64,000 nucleotides of DNA from an uncultured Planctomycetia bacterium (GCA_964483625.1 CAZABB010000005.1:15571-79570); one strand, 5' to 3'. Counted from the stretch's first letter, positions 1 to 10,075 are shown. Numbers and translations are program-made. The notes: a model not told the origin generated them from the sequence alone.

Positions 1-372
1 TTTTTACGCCAATTGAAGGCGGTTCCGTTGCGAAGAGGACGTGCTGACCTGACGGCAATGAAGACGGCCCTGGCGCTCCTTAAGAATTCCCGCCCGGTGT
101 TGATTTTCCCTCAAGGCGGGCGCGGCGGAAAAAAAGCCAGACCGGGGGTCGGATTCCTGTATAAAAAAACCGATGTACCGCTGATTCTGGCGAAGGTGAC
201 CGGTACCGATACAATCCTTCCCAAAGGAAGGAAATGGCCTTCTCCCGGGAAGATTACGGTAACATTCACCCGGGCGGCAAAAATTGATCGGGCCGGAAGT
301 CCTCAGGAGATCGCCGACCGCATTTTTGGGCAAATAAAAAACAGTTTATTATTGACAAAAAAAATAAATTAG
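1..372 (+). CDS. 1-acyl-sn-glycerol-3-phosphate acyltransferase family protein, C-terminal part (5' end lies outside the window)
   Basis: Reading frame is open from base 1 with no upstream stop. The translation contains a PlsC-like FPQGGR motif (FPEGTR-like) and an acyltransferase C-terminal region. Confidence 0.55.
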   Translation, partial: FLRQLKAVPLRRGRADLTAMKTALALLKNSRPVLIFPQGGRGGKKARPGVGFLYKKTDVPLILAKVTGTDTILPKGRKWPSPGKITVTFTRAAKIDRAGSPQEIADRIFGQIKNSLLLTKKIN

Positions 373-393
373 GAGATAATTGGGGAAATTTCG

Positions 394-2001
394 ATGCAAC
401 TACCCGATAGTTTCATCGAAGAGGAGGACATATTTGTGACCGGTAAATCTGCAGAATTGGAAAACGCGTATTTTGATTCGATTAAAGAGCTCAAAGAAGG
501 AGAAATCGTTGAAGGTAAAATCGTGGCGATTACCCCGCGGGAAGTCATCGTTGATGTAGGATACAAATCCGAAGGGATTATTTTCCGTGATGAGTTCGTT
601 GCGGTGAAAAACCTCGCAGACCTTACGACGGTAGAGGTATTCGTCGAAAATGTTGAAGACGAGGAAGGAAAGGTTATCCTCTCTTACCGTAAGGCTCAGG
701 AAGTCAAAGGGTGGCATCAGCTCGTTGATGAGTTCAAGGAGGGGGATCTTGTCGAAGGGACCGTGAGCCGTAAGGTAAAAGGCGGGTATATGGTGAATGT
801 TTTCGGCGTCGAGGGATTCCTGCCGCAGAGCCTATCCACGTTCAAAAATATCGAGGGTGAAGTTATAGGAAAGACATTCTATTTCCAGATACTGAAATTG
901 AGTAAAACCAAGAGTAATTTCATCGTTTCCCGTAAGGATGCGATTCGGGCCGAACGAGAGAAAGCCCGCCGGACGCTCTGGGAAAGTCTTCAGATCGGTG
1001 AAGTGCGAAAAGGTAAAGTAAAAAGCGTAACGAATTTCGGCGCGTTTGTCGATCTGGGAGGCGTGGACGGGCTTTTGCACATTGCCGATATGAGCTGGAA
1101 GAAGGTATCTCATCCTTCGGAAGTTGTTGCCGTGGGCGATGAAATTCAGGTGATGATTTTGAGTTTCGACCGGGATAAAGGCAAGATCTCGTTGGGGCTT
1201 AAACAGATGATGCCCGATCCCTGGCTGGATATCGATAAGAAGTACGAGCTGGGTTCGGTTATTAAAGGGAAGATCGTGAATATCCAGAATTACGGTGTAT
1301 TTCTGGAATTGGAAAAAGGGATCGAAGGGCTGATTCATATCAGCGAGATTTCCTGGTCGAAAAAATTCTTGAATCTGAACGAAATGTTCGCCATCGGTGA
1401 CGTGATTGAAGCCAAGATCATCGGTATCGACGTGGAGAGCCGCAAAATATCCTTGAGTATCAAGCAAATAGAAAAAGACCCCTGGGATGAGATAGAGAGC
1501 ATGGTAACTATCGATGCGGTTATTCAGGCGAAAGTAGTGGGCTTCGGCGAAGGCTGCGCCTATGTGGAGTTGGATAACGGTCTGGAGGGGATTATATATA
1601 ATGAAGATATCTCCTGGACCAAACGGGTGCTGCGGGCTCAGGAGATGCTCAAACGCTCTCACACCTACGATGTGAAAGTATTGGGGCTTGATCGGACCAA
1701 CCGCCGGGTGATTGTGGGTATCAAACAGCTTGTTGCCGATCCCTGGAACGAAATCCTCCAGAAGTACCCGCTGGGTACGGTTATTGACGGCGAGGTCGTG
1801 AAGGTGACCAATTTCGGAGTATTCGTCAAGATAGAAGAAGATCTTGAGGGGTTGATTTTTGCCGGTGAAATGGAAAAAGACGTTATGGATGCTCTCAAAC
1901 CCAAAGACACCATAAAGGCAAAAATTATCAAGATCGATCCTGCCTCTGCGAAAATCGGCCTTTCCACGAAAATCGATGAACAAGATCAGGCAGAATCTTG
2001 A
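394..2001 (+). CDS. rpsA: 30S ribosomal protein S1
   Basis: 535-aa protein with repeated S1 RNA-binding domains (recurring G.V.NFGAFV.L..G.GL.HISE blocks). Typical size and organisation. Confidence 0.9.
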   Translation: MQLPDSFIEEEDIFVTGKSAELENAYFDSIKELKEGEIVEGKIVAITPREVIVDVGYKSEGIIFRDEFVAVKNLADLTTVEVFVENVEDEEGKVILSYRKAQEVKGWHQLVDEFKEGDLVEGTVSRKVKGGYMVNVFGVEGFLPQSLSTFKNIEGEVIGKTFYFQILKLSKTKSNFIVSRKDAIRAEREKARRTLWESLQIGEVRKGKVKSVTNFGAFVDLGGVDGLLHIADMSWKKVSHPSEVVAVGDEIQVMILSFDRDKGKISLGLKQMMPDPWLDIDKKYELGSVIKGKIVNIQNYGVFLELEKGIEGLIHISEISWSKKFLNLNEMFAIGDVIEAKIIGIDVESRKISLSIKQIEKDPWDEIESMVTIDAVIQAKVVGFGEGCAYVELDNGLEGIIYNEDISWTKRVLRAQEMLKRSHTYDVKVLGLDRTNRRVIVGIKQLVADPWNEILQKYPLGTVIDGEVVKVTNFGVFVKIEEDLEGLIFAGEMEKDVMDALKPKDTIKAKIIKIDPASAKIGLSTKIDEQDQAES

Positions 2002-3148
2002 ATGCATAAAAGCGCATAGTATCGATTGCATCTCGGAAGAAGAACTCATTGCCAAACTTCGCCAGGACCGTCCGCTTACCTTGAAGGTCGGTTTTGATCC
2101 TACCGCGAAAGATATTCATCTGGGACATACGGTACTGTTACGCAAGCTCCGGGCCCTGCAGGATTTGGGGCATATTGTGCACTTCATCGTCGGTGATTTT
2201 ACCGCGCGCATCGGCGACCCTTCCGGCCGCAGTGAATTGCGTCCCACCCTGACCGACAGGCAGATCCGTGAAAACGCGAAGACCTATACCGGCCAGTGCT
2301 TTAAGATCCTCGATAGAAAAAGAACGAAAGTTATCTTTAACAGCACCTGGTACCGCGCGTTTCGGTTAAGCGATTTTTTCCCTCTCCTTTCGGAGTATAC
2401 CGTCGCCCGTATGACCGAACGGGATGATTTTTCCCAGCGGCTCAAAGAAGGCAAACCTCTTTCGCTGCTGGAGTTGATCTATCCGCTTATCCAGGGGTAT
2501 GATTCGGTGAAACTGAAAGCCGATATCGAGTTCGGAGGCAGTGATCAGAAATTCAATCTTATCGTCGGCCGGCATCTACAGGAATCATACGGACTACCGC
2601 CTCAGGTTGTGGTGACGATGCCGCTTTTGGTGGGGACCGACGGAAAAAATAAGATGTCGAAATCTCTGGGTAATTATATCGGGATTACCGAAGAACCGGA
2701 TGAGATGTTCGGAAAAATAATGAGTATTTCCGATGAGTTGATGTACGACTACATACGTCTTCTGACCGATCTTGCTTCGGCTCAGGCCAAAGCCATGCAT
2801 CCCAAGGAAGCTAAATTGCTCCTGGCGCATCATCTTGTCGGTACGTATCATACCGAAAAGGCGGCGGCGGCGGCGAAGAATAGATTTGAGAAGGTGTTCT
2901 CTCAGAAAGAATTGCCTCAGGATGTACCCGTGTATAACGCTCCGGCGGAGACCGTTGATCTTGTCGAGGTCATTGTTTCCTGCGGTCTTGCCGCCAGTAA
3001 ACGCGAGGTCAGGCGGCTCCTGGCTCAGGGCAGTGTGACGGTCATCGGGGCCGGGGCGGTTGTCGATCCGGTTTTATCGGTTCCCTCTGAAGGGGTCGTA
3101 TTAAAAATCGGGAAACGCCGCTTCCTGCGTATTGTGCCGAAACGCTAA
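1976..3148 (+). CDS. tyrS: tyrosine--tRNA ligase
   Basis: Class I HIGH motif (DIHLGHTV) and KMSKS motif. N-terminal GFDPTA block and a C-terminal S4-like domain. Start overlaps the rpsA 3' end. Confidence 0.9.
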   Translation: MNKIRQNLECIKAHSIDCISEEELIAKLRQDRPLTLKVGFDPTAKDIHLGHTVLLRKLRALQDLGHIVHFIVGDFTARIGDPSGRSELRPTLTDRQIRENAKTYTGQCFKILDRKRTKVIFNSTWYRAFRLSDFFPLLSEYTVARMTERDDFSQRLKEGKPLSLLELIYPLIQGYDSVKLKADIEFGGSDQKFNLIVGRHLQESYGLPPQVVVTMPLLVGTDGKNKMSKSLGNYIGITEEPDEMFGKIMSISDELMYDYIRLLTDLASAQAKAMHPKEAKLLLAHHLVGTYHTEKAAAAAKNRFEKVFSQKELPQDVPVYNAPAETVDLVEVIVSCGLAASKREVRRLLAQGSVTVIGAGAVVDPVLSVPSEGVVLKIGKRRFLRIVPKR

Positions 3149-3193
3149 TATTTTCCTCGCTTTTCCCGCGCTAAAAACTCAAAAAATGAAAAA

Positions 3194-3221
3194 TTGACAC
3201 AAGAGAGAAATTCCCTATAAT
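3194..3221 (+). promoter_or_regulatory. sigma70-type promoter (TTGACA, 16 nt, TATAAT) driving the sugar ABC transporter / glycosidase operon
   Basis: TTGACA at 3194-3199 and TATAAT at 3216-3221 in the intergenic region before the binding-protein gene. Confidence 0.6.
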
Positions 3222-3311
3222 AAAATGTATATCTTTTAAGACGAAAAAGAACGTTTTGTCCTCTTAGAGTATAAATAAAAATCCGGATCTTTTTCATGGA
3301 GAGGGGAGGGT

Positions 3312-4655
3312 GTGATTTTGAGAAAAAGAAAGGTAATACTTCTTTTCGTCTTAGGAGTGGTTCTCGTCGCTTCAGGCTGTACGCAAGGACCGCAGGGGCC
3401 TCAAGGTCTTGTCATCTGGCACTGGATGACCGACCGTCAGGATGCGTTGGAAAGCCTCGCGGACCAATATCGACAACAGACGGGAATCCCTATCGAATTC
3501 AAGTTGTTTTTTCCCGCGGATATCTACTCCCAAAAAGTTATCGCCGCCGCACGTGCGGGAAATCTTCCCGATATCTTCGGGATTCTGGGTGAGAAGAAAG
3601 TTCTGGCTTCGTTTATCAAAGCAGGCCATATTCTGGATATTACCGCGTCGATGACGAAAGATGATTCGGCGTGGAAGAATACGTTCTACCCTCAGACCCT
3701 GGCGGTGACGACGTTTACCTCCGGGAATTCCTACGGAGTTCCGGCCGGCATTTTCGGAGTGCCCATCGATACGACTGTGATGCAGTTTGTATATAATAAA
3801 TCTCTTTTTGCCCGGTCCGGGATTGATGAGAATTCGCCGCCGGAGACATTTGATGAGTTTATATCTCTGGCTCAGAAGGTTAAAGCCGCCACGGGGGTTG
3901 ACGGCTTTGTCTGCGGTTGGGGCGAAGGGTGGCTTTTAAACGCGTTAGCTACCGAATGGGCGATCAACCTTATGGGTGAGGATAAATTCCTTGCCACGAT
4001 CAAGGGAGATGTCCCTTATACCGACGAGGCCTGGGTGGAGGTGTTCGGTCTTTTTGTGAAGTTGAAAGAATCGGGAGTGCTTGCCGCCAATATCGAAAAA
4101 ATGACGAATAAAGAAGCCGAAGATGCTTTCGCCAAGGGAAAGGCGGTATTCTCCTTTAACGGGAGCTGGGCGGTTAATGTCTATAAGCAGTTAAATCCCC
4201 AGCTGGACTATGCCTTTTTCTCGTTACCGGAAGTTTCCGACCGGTATCCGGTAAAGATATGGGGCGGGGCGGGGTCGTCGTTTATGGTTCACGCCCGGTC
4301 AAAAGGGAAAGAAAAGGCGTTGGGGTTTCTGGAGTGGATTACGCAAACGCCTCAGCAGACATTTCTGGTGAACGAAACGAATAATCTTCCCGCGGTGAAG
4401 ATGAACCCGGAAAAATTCCCCTCGATCCTAAAAACGCTGGGGAATGATTTAAAGATGAGCGTGGAGGCGTTTCCCGCCGGGGATCCCGAGCAGGCCGATA
4501 AACTTACGCATCCCAATGTATGGCCGGGGAATGAGGATGCCCGGGTTATCGAGGTCATGAACCGCGGTCTGCAGCAGATTATCATGGGACGGAAAGAGCC
4601 TCAAGAAGTCGCGGGAGAAATACAGTCAGTCAAGGAGAGAGTTGCGCGCCGATGA
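3312..4655 (+). CDS. extracellular solute-binding protein of a carbohydrate ABC transporter (lipoprotein)
   Basis: GTG start after a GGAGAGGGGAGGG RBS. Lipobox LVASGC. About 440-aa family-1 sugar-binding protein architecture. Directly followed by two permease genes. Confidence 0.75.
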   Translation: MILRKRKVILLFVLGVVLVASGCTQGPQGPQGLVIWHWMTDRQDALESLADQYRQQTGIPIEFKLFFPADIYSQKVIAAARAGNLPDIFGILGEKKVLASFIKAGHILDITASMTKDDSAWKNTFYPQTLAVTTFTSGNSYGVPAGIFGVPIDTTVMQFVYNKSLFARSGIDENSPPETFDEFISLAQKVKAATGVDGFVCGWGEGWLLNALATEWAINLMGEDKFLATIKGDVPYTDEAWVEVFGLFVKLKESGVLAANIEKMTNKEAEDAFAKGKAVFSFNGSWAVNVYKQLNPQLDYAFFSLPEVSDRYPVKIWGGAGSSFMVHARSKGKEKALGFLEWITQTPQQTFLVNETNNLPAVKMNPEKFPSILKTLGNDLKMSVEAFPAGDPEQADKLTHPNVWPGNEDARVIEVMNRGLQQIIMGRKEPQEVAGEIQSVKERVARR

Positions 4656-5551
4656 ACGCATCCCTACGTGACAAATTTACCAGTTCGGCGTTTATCTGGC
4701 CGGCCCTTTTGATTTTCTCTATATTTTATATATATCCCTTCCTCTATACGTTTATCTTAAGCTTCCAGGAATACGATTTCATTTCCGCGCCCCAATTTGT
4801 GGGTTTCGCCAATTTCCAGGAGGTGTTGTTTGGAGATAGAGAATGGTGGCCTTCGATGTACAACGGGGCGTTTATCACCTTCTGGGCGCTCAGTTTCCAG
4901 AATATTCTTGCTTTTGCGCTGGCTCTGGCGGTTGATAAAGTGCTCCGCCTGAAGAAATTCTACCGGGTTGTTTTCTTCATCCTCCCGGTCCTCTCGGAGA
5001 TCATCATCGGCCTTCTGATGAAACAGCTTCTGATTTCAGAGCCCGTGGGACGGGATGTGTTCAATCAGCTCTTGGGTAAAGTGGGATTGGGGTTTCTGGG
5101 GCAGGACTGGCTGGGGACTGATCGCGTTCGTCTGGTTACGTCTCTGGTGCACTGCTGGAAGGGGTTCGGCTGGGCGTTTGTGATTTTGCTGGCGGGCCTG
5201 CAGAGTATTCCCGAACAACTTTATGAAGCCGCCCGCATTGACGGAGCCAATGCCTGGCATAGTTTTACCAAGATTACCATTCCCCTGGTCATGCCGGTGA
5301 TTACCCTGGTTATTGTCCTTACCATTCTGGGTACGATGCAGGCATTTGCCATGATTCTGGCGTTGACCGGCGGGGCCGGCGGATTGACCGAAGTGCCGGT
5401 GATGCGTATCTATAATCACCTGAGGTTTTCCCTGGTGGGGCTGGCCTGTGCTGAGGGGGTTGTGTTGGGGGTTGTTCTGATTATGGTTTCGTTTGCTATG
5501 TTTTTTATATCTAAAAAAATAAGGGAAAAATACGGTGTATTACCGAGCTAA
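4652..5551 (+). CDS. carbohydrate ABC transporter permease (MalF/UgpA-like)
   Basis: Multi-TM protein with the EAA-type permease loop (EAARIDGANAWHSF). ATGA overlap with the upstream binding-protein gene. Confidence 0.8.
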   Translation: MNASLRDKFTSSAFIWPALLIFSIFYIYPFLYTFILSFQEYDFISAPQFVGFANFQEVLFGDREWWPSMYNGAFITFWALSFQNILAFALALAVDKVLRLKKFYRVVFFILPVLSEIIIGLLMKQLLISEPVGRDVFNQLLGKVGLGFLGQDWLGTDRVRLVTSLVHCWKGFGWAFVILLAGLQSIPEQLYEAARIDGANAWHSFTKITIPLVMPVITLVIVLTILGTMQAFAMILALTGGAGGLTEVPVMRIYNHLRFSLVGLACAEGVVLGVVLIMVSFAMFFISKKIREKYGVLPS

Positions 5552-6371
5552 AAAAATAGTTATTCTGATCCTTCTGCATACATTCCTGATGAGCGTGGCG
5601 CTCAGCTGTATCCTGCCCTTTTTATGGATGGTCAATGTTTCCTTCAAAACGCAAAGCGAGTTCGATGCCGATTACGGTCTGGTCATGGAAAAAGTATTAA
5701 ACTGGGAAAATTACCGTATCGTGTTTTTCGAGGAAGGATTCTGGGTTTATTTTCTCAACAGCGTTTTCTATACGTTTATTACCGTAATCCTTATCGTCCT
5801 GGTTTCATCCCTGGCCGCCTACGCTTTTTCCCGTCTTGATTTCTGGGGGAAGAACATCCTGTTCTACATGTTTCTGGGGGCGATGATGATCCCTCTGCCG
5901 GCGGGTTTTGTTCCCGTGTATGTACTCCTCAATAAATTTCACCTGGTAAACCGTACCGGATACGTGCTGGCAATGAGTAACATGGGATTGTCTTTGAGCA
6001 TGTACCTGTTAAAGACTTTTTTCGATCAGCTGCCGCGTGATTTGGAAGATGCTGCCCGTATTGACGGGTGCAACAAGCTTCAGACGTGGTGGAACGTGGG
6101 GCTTCCTTTGGTTGCCCCGGCGTTGGCGGTGGTTGTGATTTTCAATGCTCTCAATGTCTGGAATGAATTTGTTCTGGCATCATTGCTGTTTACCGACTAC
6201 AGTTTTATGCCGCTTCAGGTGGGGCTTATGGAGTTTTCCAATAAAATGGTAACCCAGCATACACTGATCATGGCGGCCCTTACGGTCGCGGCGATGCCGA
6301 TCATTCTTCTTTACATAAAAATGCAGAAACATTTTGTCAAAGGACTTACCGCCGGTGCGGTCGTAGGATGA
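5535..6371 (+). CDS. carbohydrate ABC transporter permease (MalG/UgpE-like)
   Basis: Multi-TM protein with an EDAARIDGC permease signature. Overlaps the upstream permease gene. Confidence 0.8.
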   Translation: MYYRAKKIVILILLHTFLMSVALSCILPFLWMVNVSFKTQSEFDADYGLVMEKVLNWENYRIVFFEEGFWVYFLNSVFYTFITVILIVLVSSLAAYAFSRLDFWGKNILFYMFLGAMMIPLPAGFVPVYVLLNKFHLVNRTGYVLAMSNMGLSLSMYLLKTFFDQLPRDLEDAARIDGCNKLQTWWNVGLPLVAPALAVVVIFNALNVWNEFVLASLLFTDYSFMPLQVGLMEFSNKMVTQHTLIMAALTVAAMPIILLYIKMQKHFVKGLTAGAVVG

Positions 6372-8809
6372 CCATGAAGTCACAAAGTCACAAGGTCACA
6401 AGGTCACACGTATTTATGATGAAATGCATTATCGGAGCGCTGGTGCTCTGGTGCGCAGGCGGTTCTGTTGTATGGGGGCAAGATGTGATTGAGGCTTCTG
6501 AAGTGAGAGAGAGTGAGCCGGCACCTGAGCAGAAGCAGGCGGAGCCGGAATCGGAAAAAACCTTAACCTCCGGCGACTATGTAAAACAGGCCTGGGCGGC
6601 TCAAGGTGCGGGGCAATGGGAGAAGGTATATGCGTTGGCTGATACGTGTATCGATATGTTTTCCGATGAAGCTGACCGGCTGGCTGCCGGCTTAACGGCA
6701 TTTCCCCCCAAAGGAGAAGAGGATACCTATGCGGTGATGAATGACGTCGCGGTATGTTATTTCATCAAGGGGGAGACCCTGCGTAATGAAGGGATGATCC
6801 TGAAGAATGAAGCCGATTCTTCTTTGACTGAAGGTAAGTTTGATGCCGCGGTTTCTGTCCTCAAAGAGGTAAGAGAACGGTATCCCTATGCTCAAGCGTT
6901 CGATCCCCGCGGCTGGTACTGGTCGGTAGAGGACAAAGCCGAAAAGGTTATCAATCAGATCACCGAAGGAGGCGGGTGTCCGGTCGAGGAAAATGTCATC
7001 GAAGAAGACGTGTTGATCACGCTTTACGATGAAGGCAGCGAGTTCCCTGTCGACTATACTGCCTACGGTGAGTTTACCGGCCGTGGCACCCGGGATTATG
7101 CCTATGAGATTGCCGATCCGATTGGTCTGGGTAAAGCCGTCGGAGAAGGTATTTACCCCAACAGTACGTCGCTTAAGTTCGATAGTGAGTTTACCAGGAT
7201 TAAGAAAGAGCTTTACCAGATAGATCACTGGGAAATTTTAAACAGCCGGGATATGCGTATGGCTTTTTACAAGTGGAATCTCGCTCCTGAACCGCAGGGC
7301 GTGAAATTATTTTATATCGCGACGATTTTAGAACGCAGCGGTTTAATCCGCCATGCCATTAAAGCCTACTATGCGGTGATGGTTCATTTTCCCAAGACCT
7401 ACGGCTGGACGTATTGGCACACGCCCTGGTATCCCGGTAAAGTCGCTCTGTACCGGATCAGAAGCCTTCTGCGTGAGCATCCGGAGTTGAACGTACGCTT
7501 GAAGGGGGCTTCGTTTGAAGTCGTCAACGGCTATGACAACAATATCCGTAACGATAAATTTATTGTGGATCCGGGCAGGTTAAGAAAGCTATCGTTCTGG
7601 GAAAAAATACGGTCTCAGCGGGAAAAGCCACGGTCTCTCTCCCATATCGTCCGGGAGAAAGGGAACGGAGCGGTGAAGCTGGTGCAGTATGAAACCGGCG
7701 ACTGGCAGCTTTTTGTCGAAGGAAAACCGTTCATGATCAAAGGTATTACCTATGACCCTACCCGGGTGGGAGAATCTCCCGATAACGGGACACTGGAGAA
7801 CTGGACCACGCAGGATGTCAATGGTAACGATATCATTGATGCGCCGTATGAATCGTGGGTCGATGCCAACGGGAACAATGCCCGTGATAAGAATGAACCG
7901 ATCGTGGGAGACTTTCAGCTCATGAAGGAAATGGGGGTCAATTGTATCCGCCTGTACCACCATCCCCGCCTTCCGGATAAAGAACTTCTGCGGCGCATGC
8001 ATGCTGATTACGGCATATATGTAACCTTGGGTGATTTCCTGGGGAAATATACTATCGGCAGCCAGGCGCCGTGGGCTCAAGGGACCGACTACGATAATCC
8101 CGAACATAAGAAAAATATGCTCGAAAGTGTAAAGAATATGGTGAATGAATTCAAGGAGGAGCCGTATATCCTGATGTGGCTTCTGGGTAATGAAAACGTC
8201 TATGGGTTGGGATGTAACGCCGATAAGAACCCGGAAAGTTTTTTTAAATTTGTCAATGAAGTGGCGTTGGTGATTAAATCTCTGGATCCTTATCAGCGCC
8301 CGGTTGCCGTTGCGTCCGGCGATATCCTGTTTCTGGATGTGTTCGCGAAATTCTGTCCCGATGTGGATATCTTCGGTGCCAATATTTATCGGGGGGAACG
8401 CGGGTTTCTGGATTTCTGGGATGAAGTTCGTCGTCAGCCGCAGATCGCCGCGATGATTACCGAATACGGGGCTCCCTCCTATGCCGAAGGGTATACTCAG
8501 GAGGAAGGTCAAGCGTATCAGGCTGATTATTTAGCTCATTGCTGGCAGGATATCCATTATAATTCGGCCGGATATGGGGCGGGGAACGCTCTCGGCGGTT
8601 TTGTGTTCGAGTGGCTTGATGAATGGTGGAAAGCCTATGAGCCGTTCTGTCACGACACCGCGCAATTGTCTGCGGGGCCTTTTTTGAGCGGATATTACCG
8701 TGAGGAATGGTTCGGGATCTGCGGCCAGGGGGATGGGGAGCATTCACCGTTTTTGCGCCGGCTCAAAAAAGCCTATTTCCGCTATAAAAAGCTCTGGAAT
8801 ACCCAATAA
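6368..8809 (+). CDS. secreted glycoside hydrolase, clan GH-A TIM barrel (GH2/GH5-like) with a ~400-aa N-terminal region of unknown function
   Basis: ATGA overlap with the permease stop. N-terminal signal peptide. LGNEN (acid/base NE) and ITEYG (nucleophile, like GUS ITEYG) motifs. FEWLDEWWK block shared with the paralogue at 10065. Alternative starts at 6374 and 6416. Confidence 0.65.
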   Translation: MTMKSQSHKVTRSHVFMMKCIIGALVLWCAGGSVVWGQDVIEASEVRESEPAPEQKQAEPESEKTLTSGDYVKQAWAAQGAGQWEKVYALADTCIDMFSDEADRLAAGLTAFPPKGEEDTYAVMNDVAVCYFIKGETLRNEGMILKNEADSSLTEGKFDAAVSVLKEVRERYPYAQAFDPRGWYWSVEDKAEKVINQITEGGGCPVEENVIEEDVLITLYDEGSEFPVDYTAYGEFTGRGTRDYAYEIADPIGLGKAVGEGIYPNSTSLKFDSEFTRIKKELYQIDHWEILNSRDMRMAFYKWNLAPEPQGVKLFYIATILERSGLIRHAIKAYYAVMVHFPKTYGWTYWHTPWYPGKVALYRIRSLLREHPELNVRLKGASFEVVNGYDNNIRNDKFIVDPGRLRKLSFWEKIRSQREKPRSLSHIVREKGNGAVKLVQYETGDWQLFVEGKPFMIKGITYDPTRVGESPDNGTLENWTTQDVNGNDIIDAPYESWVDANGNNARDKNEPIVGDFQLMKEMGVNCIRLYHHPRLPDKELLRRMHADYGIYVTLGDFLGKYTIGSQAPWAQGTDYDNPEHKKNMLESVKNMVNEFKEEPYILMWLLGNENVYGLGCNADKNPESFFKFVNEVALVIKSLDPYQRPVAVASGDILFLDVFAKFCPDVDIFGANIYRGERGFLDFWDEVRRQPQIAAMITEYGAPSYAEGYTQEEGQAYQADYLAHCWQDIHYNSAGYGAGNALGGFVFEWLDEWWKAYEPFCHDTAQLSAGPFLSGYYREEWFGICGQGDGEHSPFLRRLKKAYFRYKKLWNTQ
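6379..6410 (+). repeat. four tandem copies of the octamer GTCACAA(A/G) inside the 5' end of the glycosidase ORF
   Basis: Sequence agtcacaaagtcacaaggtcacaaggtcacac read directly. The unit length of 8 is not a multiple of 3. Confidence 0.9.
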
Positions 8810-8830
8810 AACAAAAGTTTGCCTCATACC

Positions 8831-8859
8831 TTGAAAACGTTTTCATGATAATATATAAT
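8831..8859 (+). promoter_or_regulatory. promoter (TTGAAA, 17 nt, TATAAT) overlapped by a perfect LacI/cre-type palindrome TGAAAACGTTTTCA (8832-8845)
   Basis: 14-bp perfect dyad matching TGWAANCGNTNWCA. -10 TATAAT at 8854-8859 upstream of the 8915 gene. Confidence 0.5.
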
Positions 8860-8914
8860 AGAGGTTACTATAATCCGTTGAATATACGATAAAATTTCAG
8901 AAAGGAGGAGGTTC

Positions 8915-10075
8915 ATGAAAAAGGTAGTGTTAAGTATACTATTATGCATGGCCGTAGGTATAACATGTTGGGCGCAGGATAAAGTATTTTACATCTACGC
9001 GGACAAAAATGCTCCCGATAATCATTTCATTCCCAGCGGCTGGATGGGGGACTACGGTGATTTAGGGTTTAATGACCAGGCTACAGATGAGGTCGCTTCC
9101 GGTTCGACCGCGCTGAAAATAAGTTATTCCGGGAAAAAATCTCAGGGTCACGGCTGGACGGGAATTTACTGGCAGTCGGCGGCAAATAACTGGGGTTCCC
9201 GTCAGACCGGATACGATTTAACCGGTTTTAATAAACTGGTGTTTAAGGCCAAAGGGGCCGAAGGAGGAGAGGTAATCACTAAGGTAAAGGTCGGCGGAAT
9301 CACCACCAACGCCATCGGAGAAATGCTTCCCTTCGCCGACAGCCTCGATAAATCATACGGGCCGATTAAGCTCACCAATGAATGGGAGGAATACACGGTG
9401 AACTTGACCGGTGAGGACCTTTCTTATGTCAATGGAGGATTCTGTCTGATTTTTGAATCCGCTCAGGCCAAGAAAGATCAGGTTGTGTATTTAGACGATA
9501 TGTATTTCGCGTATGACGCCGATTTAAAGGAAGATGTGTTGCGTACCAATTTTCCATTCTACGTGTACGCCGATACTTCTTCTCTGGATAATCACTTTGT
9601 TCCTTCCGGGTGGATGCCGGCAACGGCCGCGCGTGACCTGAAAGTCAATATCGCTCACGGTGATAATGCGCTTTCGGGAGATACCTGTATCCGTATCGAA
9701 TACAAAAATAATTCCGGAACCCGCTGGGCAGGTATTTACTGGCAGAACCCGCCGAATAACTGGGGGACGATTCCCGGTGCCGGATTCGATCTGCGCGGGG
9801 CCACGAAACTTACGTTCTGGGCACGCGGCGAGAACGGCGGCGAGGTAATCAATGAGTTTAAAATGGGCGGAATCTCCAGTGGTGAATATATTGATTCCGA
9901 CAGCGCTTCAGCCGGGCCGATTCAGCTGACCAAGGAATGGCGGAAATACGAGATCGACCTGCGGGGAAAAGACCTTTCCTATATCATCGGCGGATTTGCC
10001 TGGGCAACGAATATCGATGTCAACGATCCGGAAGGTGTGGTCTTTTACCTGGACGAAATAAAATATGAAAAATAG
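8915..10075 (+). CDS. secreted protein with two tandem ~190-aa beta-sandwich (putative carbohydrate-binding) domains
   Basis: AGGAGG RBS and signal peptide. Clear internal duplication (FYIYADKNAPDNHFIPSGWMGD.. / FYVYADTSSLDNHFVPSGWMPA..; GIYWQ..NNWG in both halves). Confidence 0.7.
   Translation: MKKVVLSILLCMAVGITCWAQDKVFYIYADKNAPDNHFIPSGWMGDYGDLGFNDQATDEVASGSTALKISYSGKKSQGHGWTGIYWQSAANNWGSRQTGYDLTGFNKLVFKAKGAEGGEVITKVKVGGITTNAIGEMLPFADSLDKSYGPIKLTNEWEEYTVNLTGEDLSYVNGGFCLIFESAQAKKDQVVYLDDMYFAYDADLKEDVLRTNFPFYVYADTSSLDNHFVPSGWMPATAARDLKVNIAHGDNALSGDTCIRIEYKNNSGTRWAGIYWQNPPNNWGTIPGAGFDLRGATKLTFWARGENGGEVINEFKMGGISSGEYIDSDSASAGPIQLTKEWRKYEIDLRGKDLSYIIGGFAWATNIDVNDPEGVVFYLDEIKYEK

Noticed and set aside
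832-2055. 407-aa ORF on the minus strand across rpsA
   Set aside because: Lies fully antisense to a strongly supported S1 gene. No RBS or motif. Typical shadow ORF.
7589-8512. 307-aa minus-strand ORF inside the first glycosidase
   Set aside because: Antisense shadow of a well-supported coding region. Low-complexity translation.
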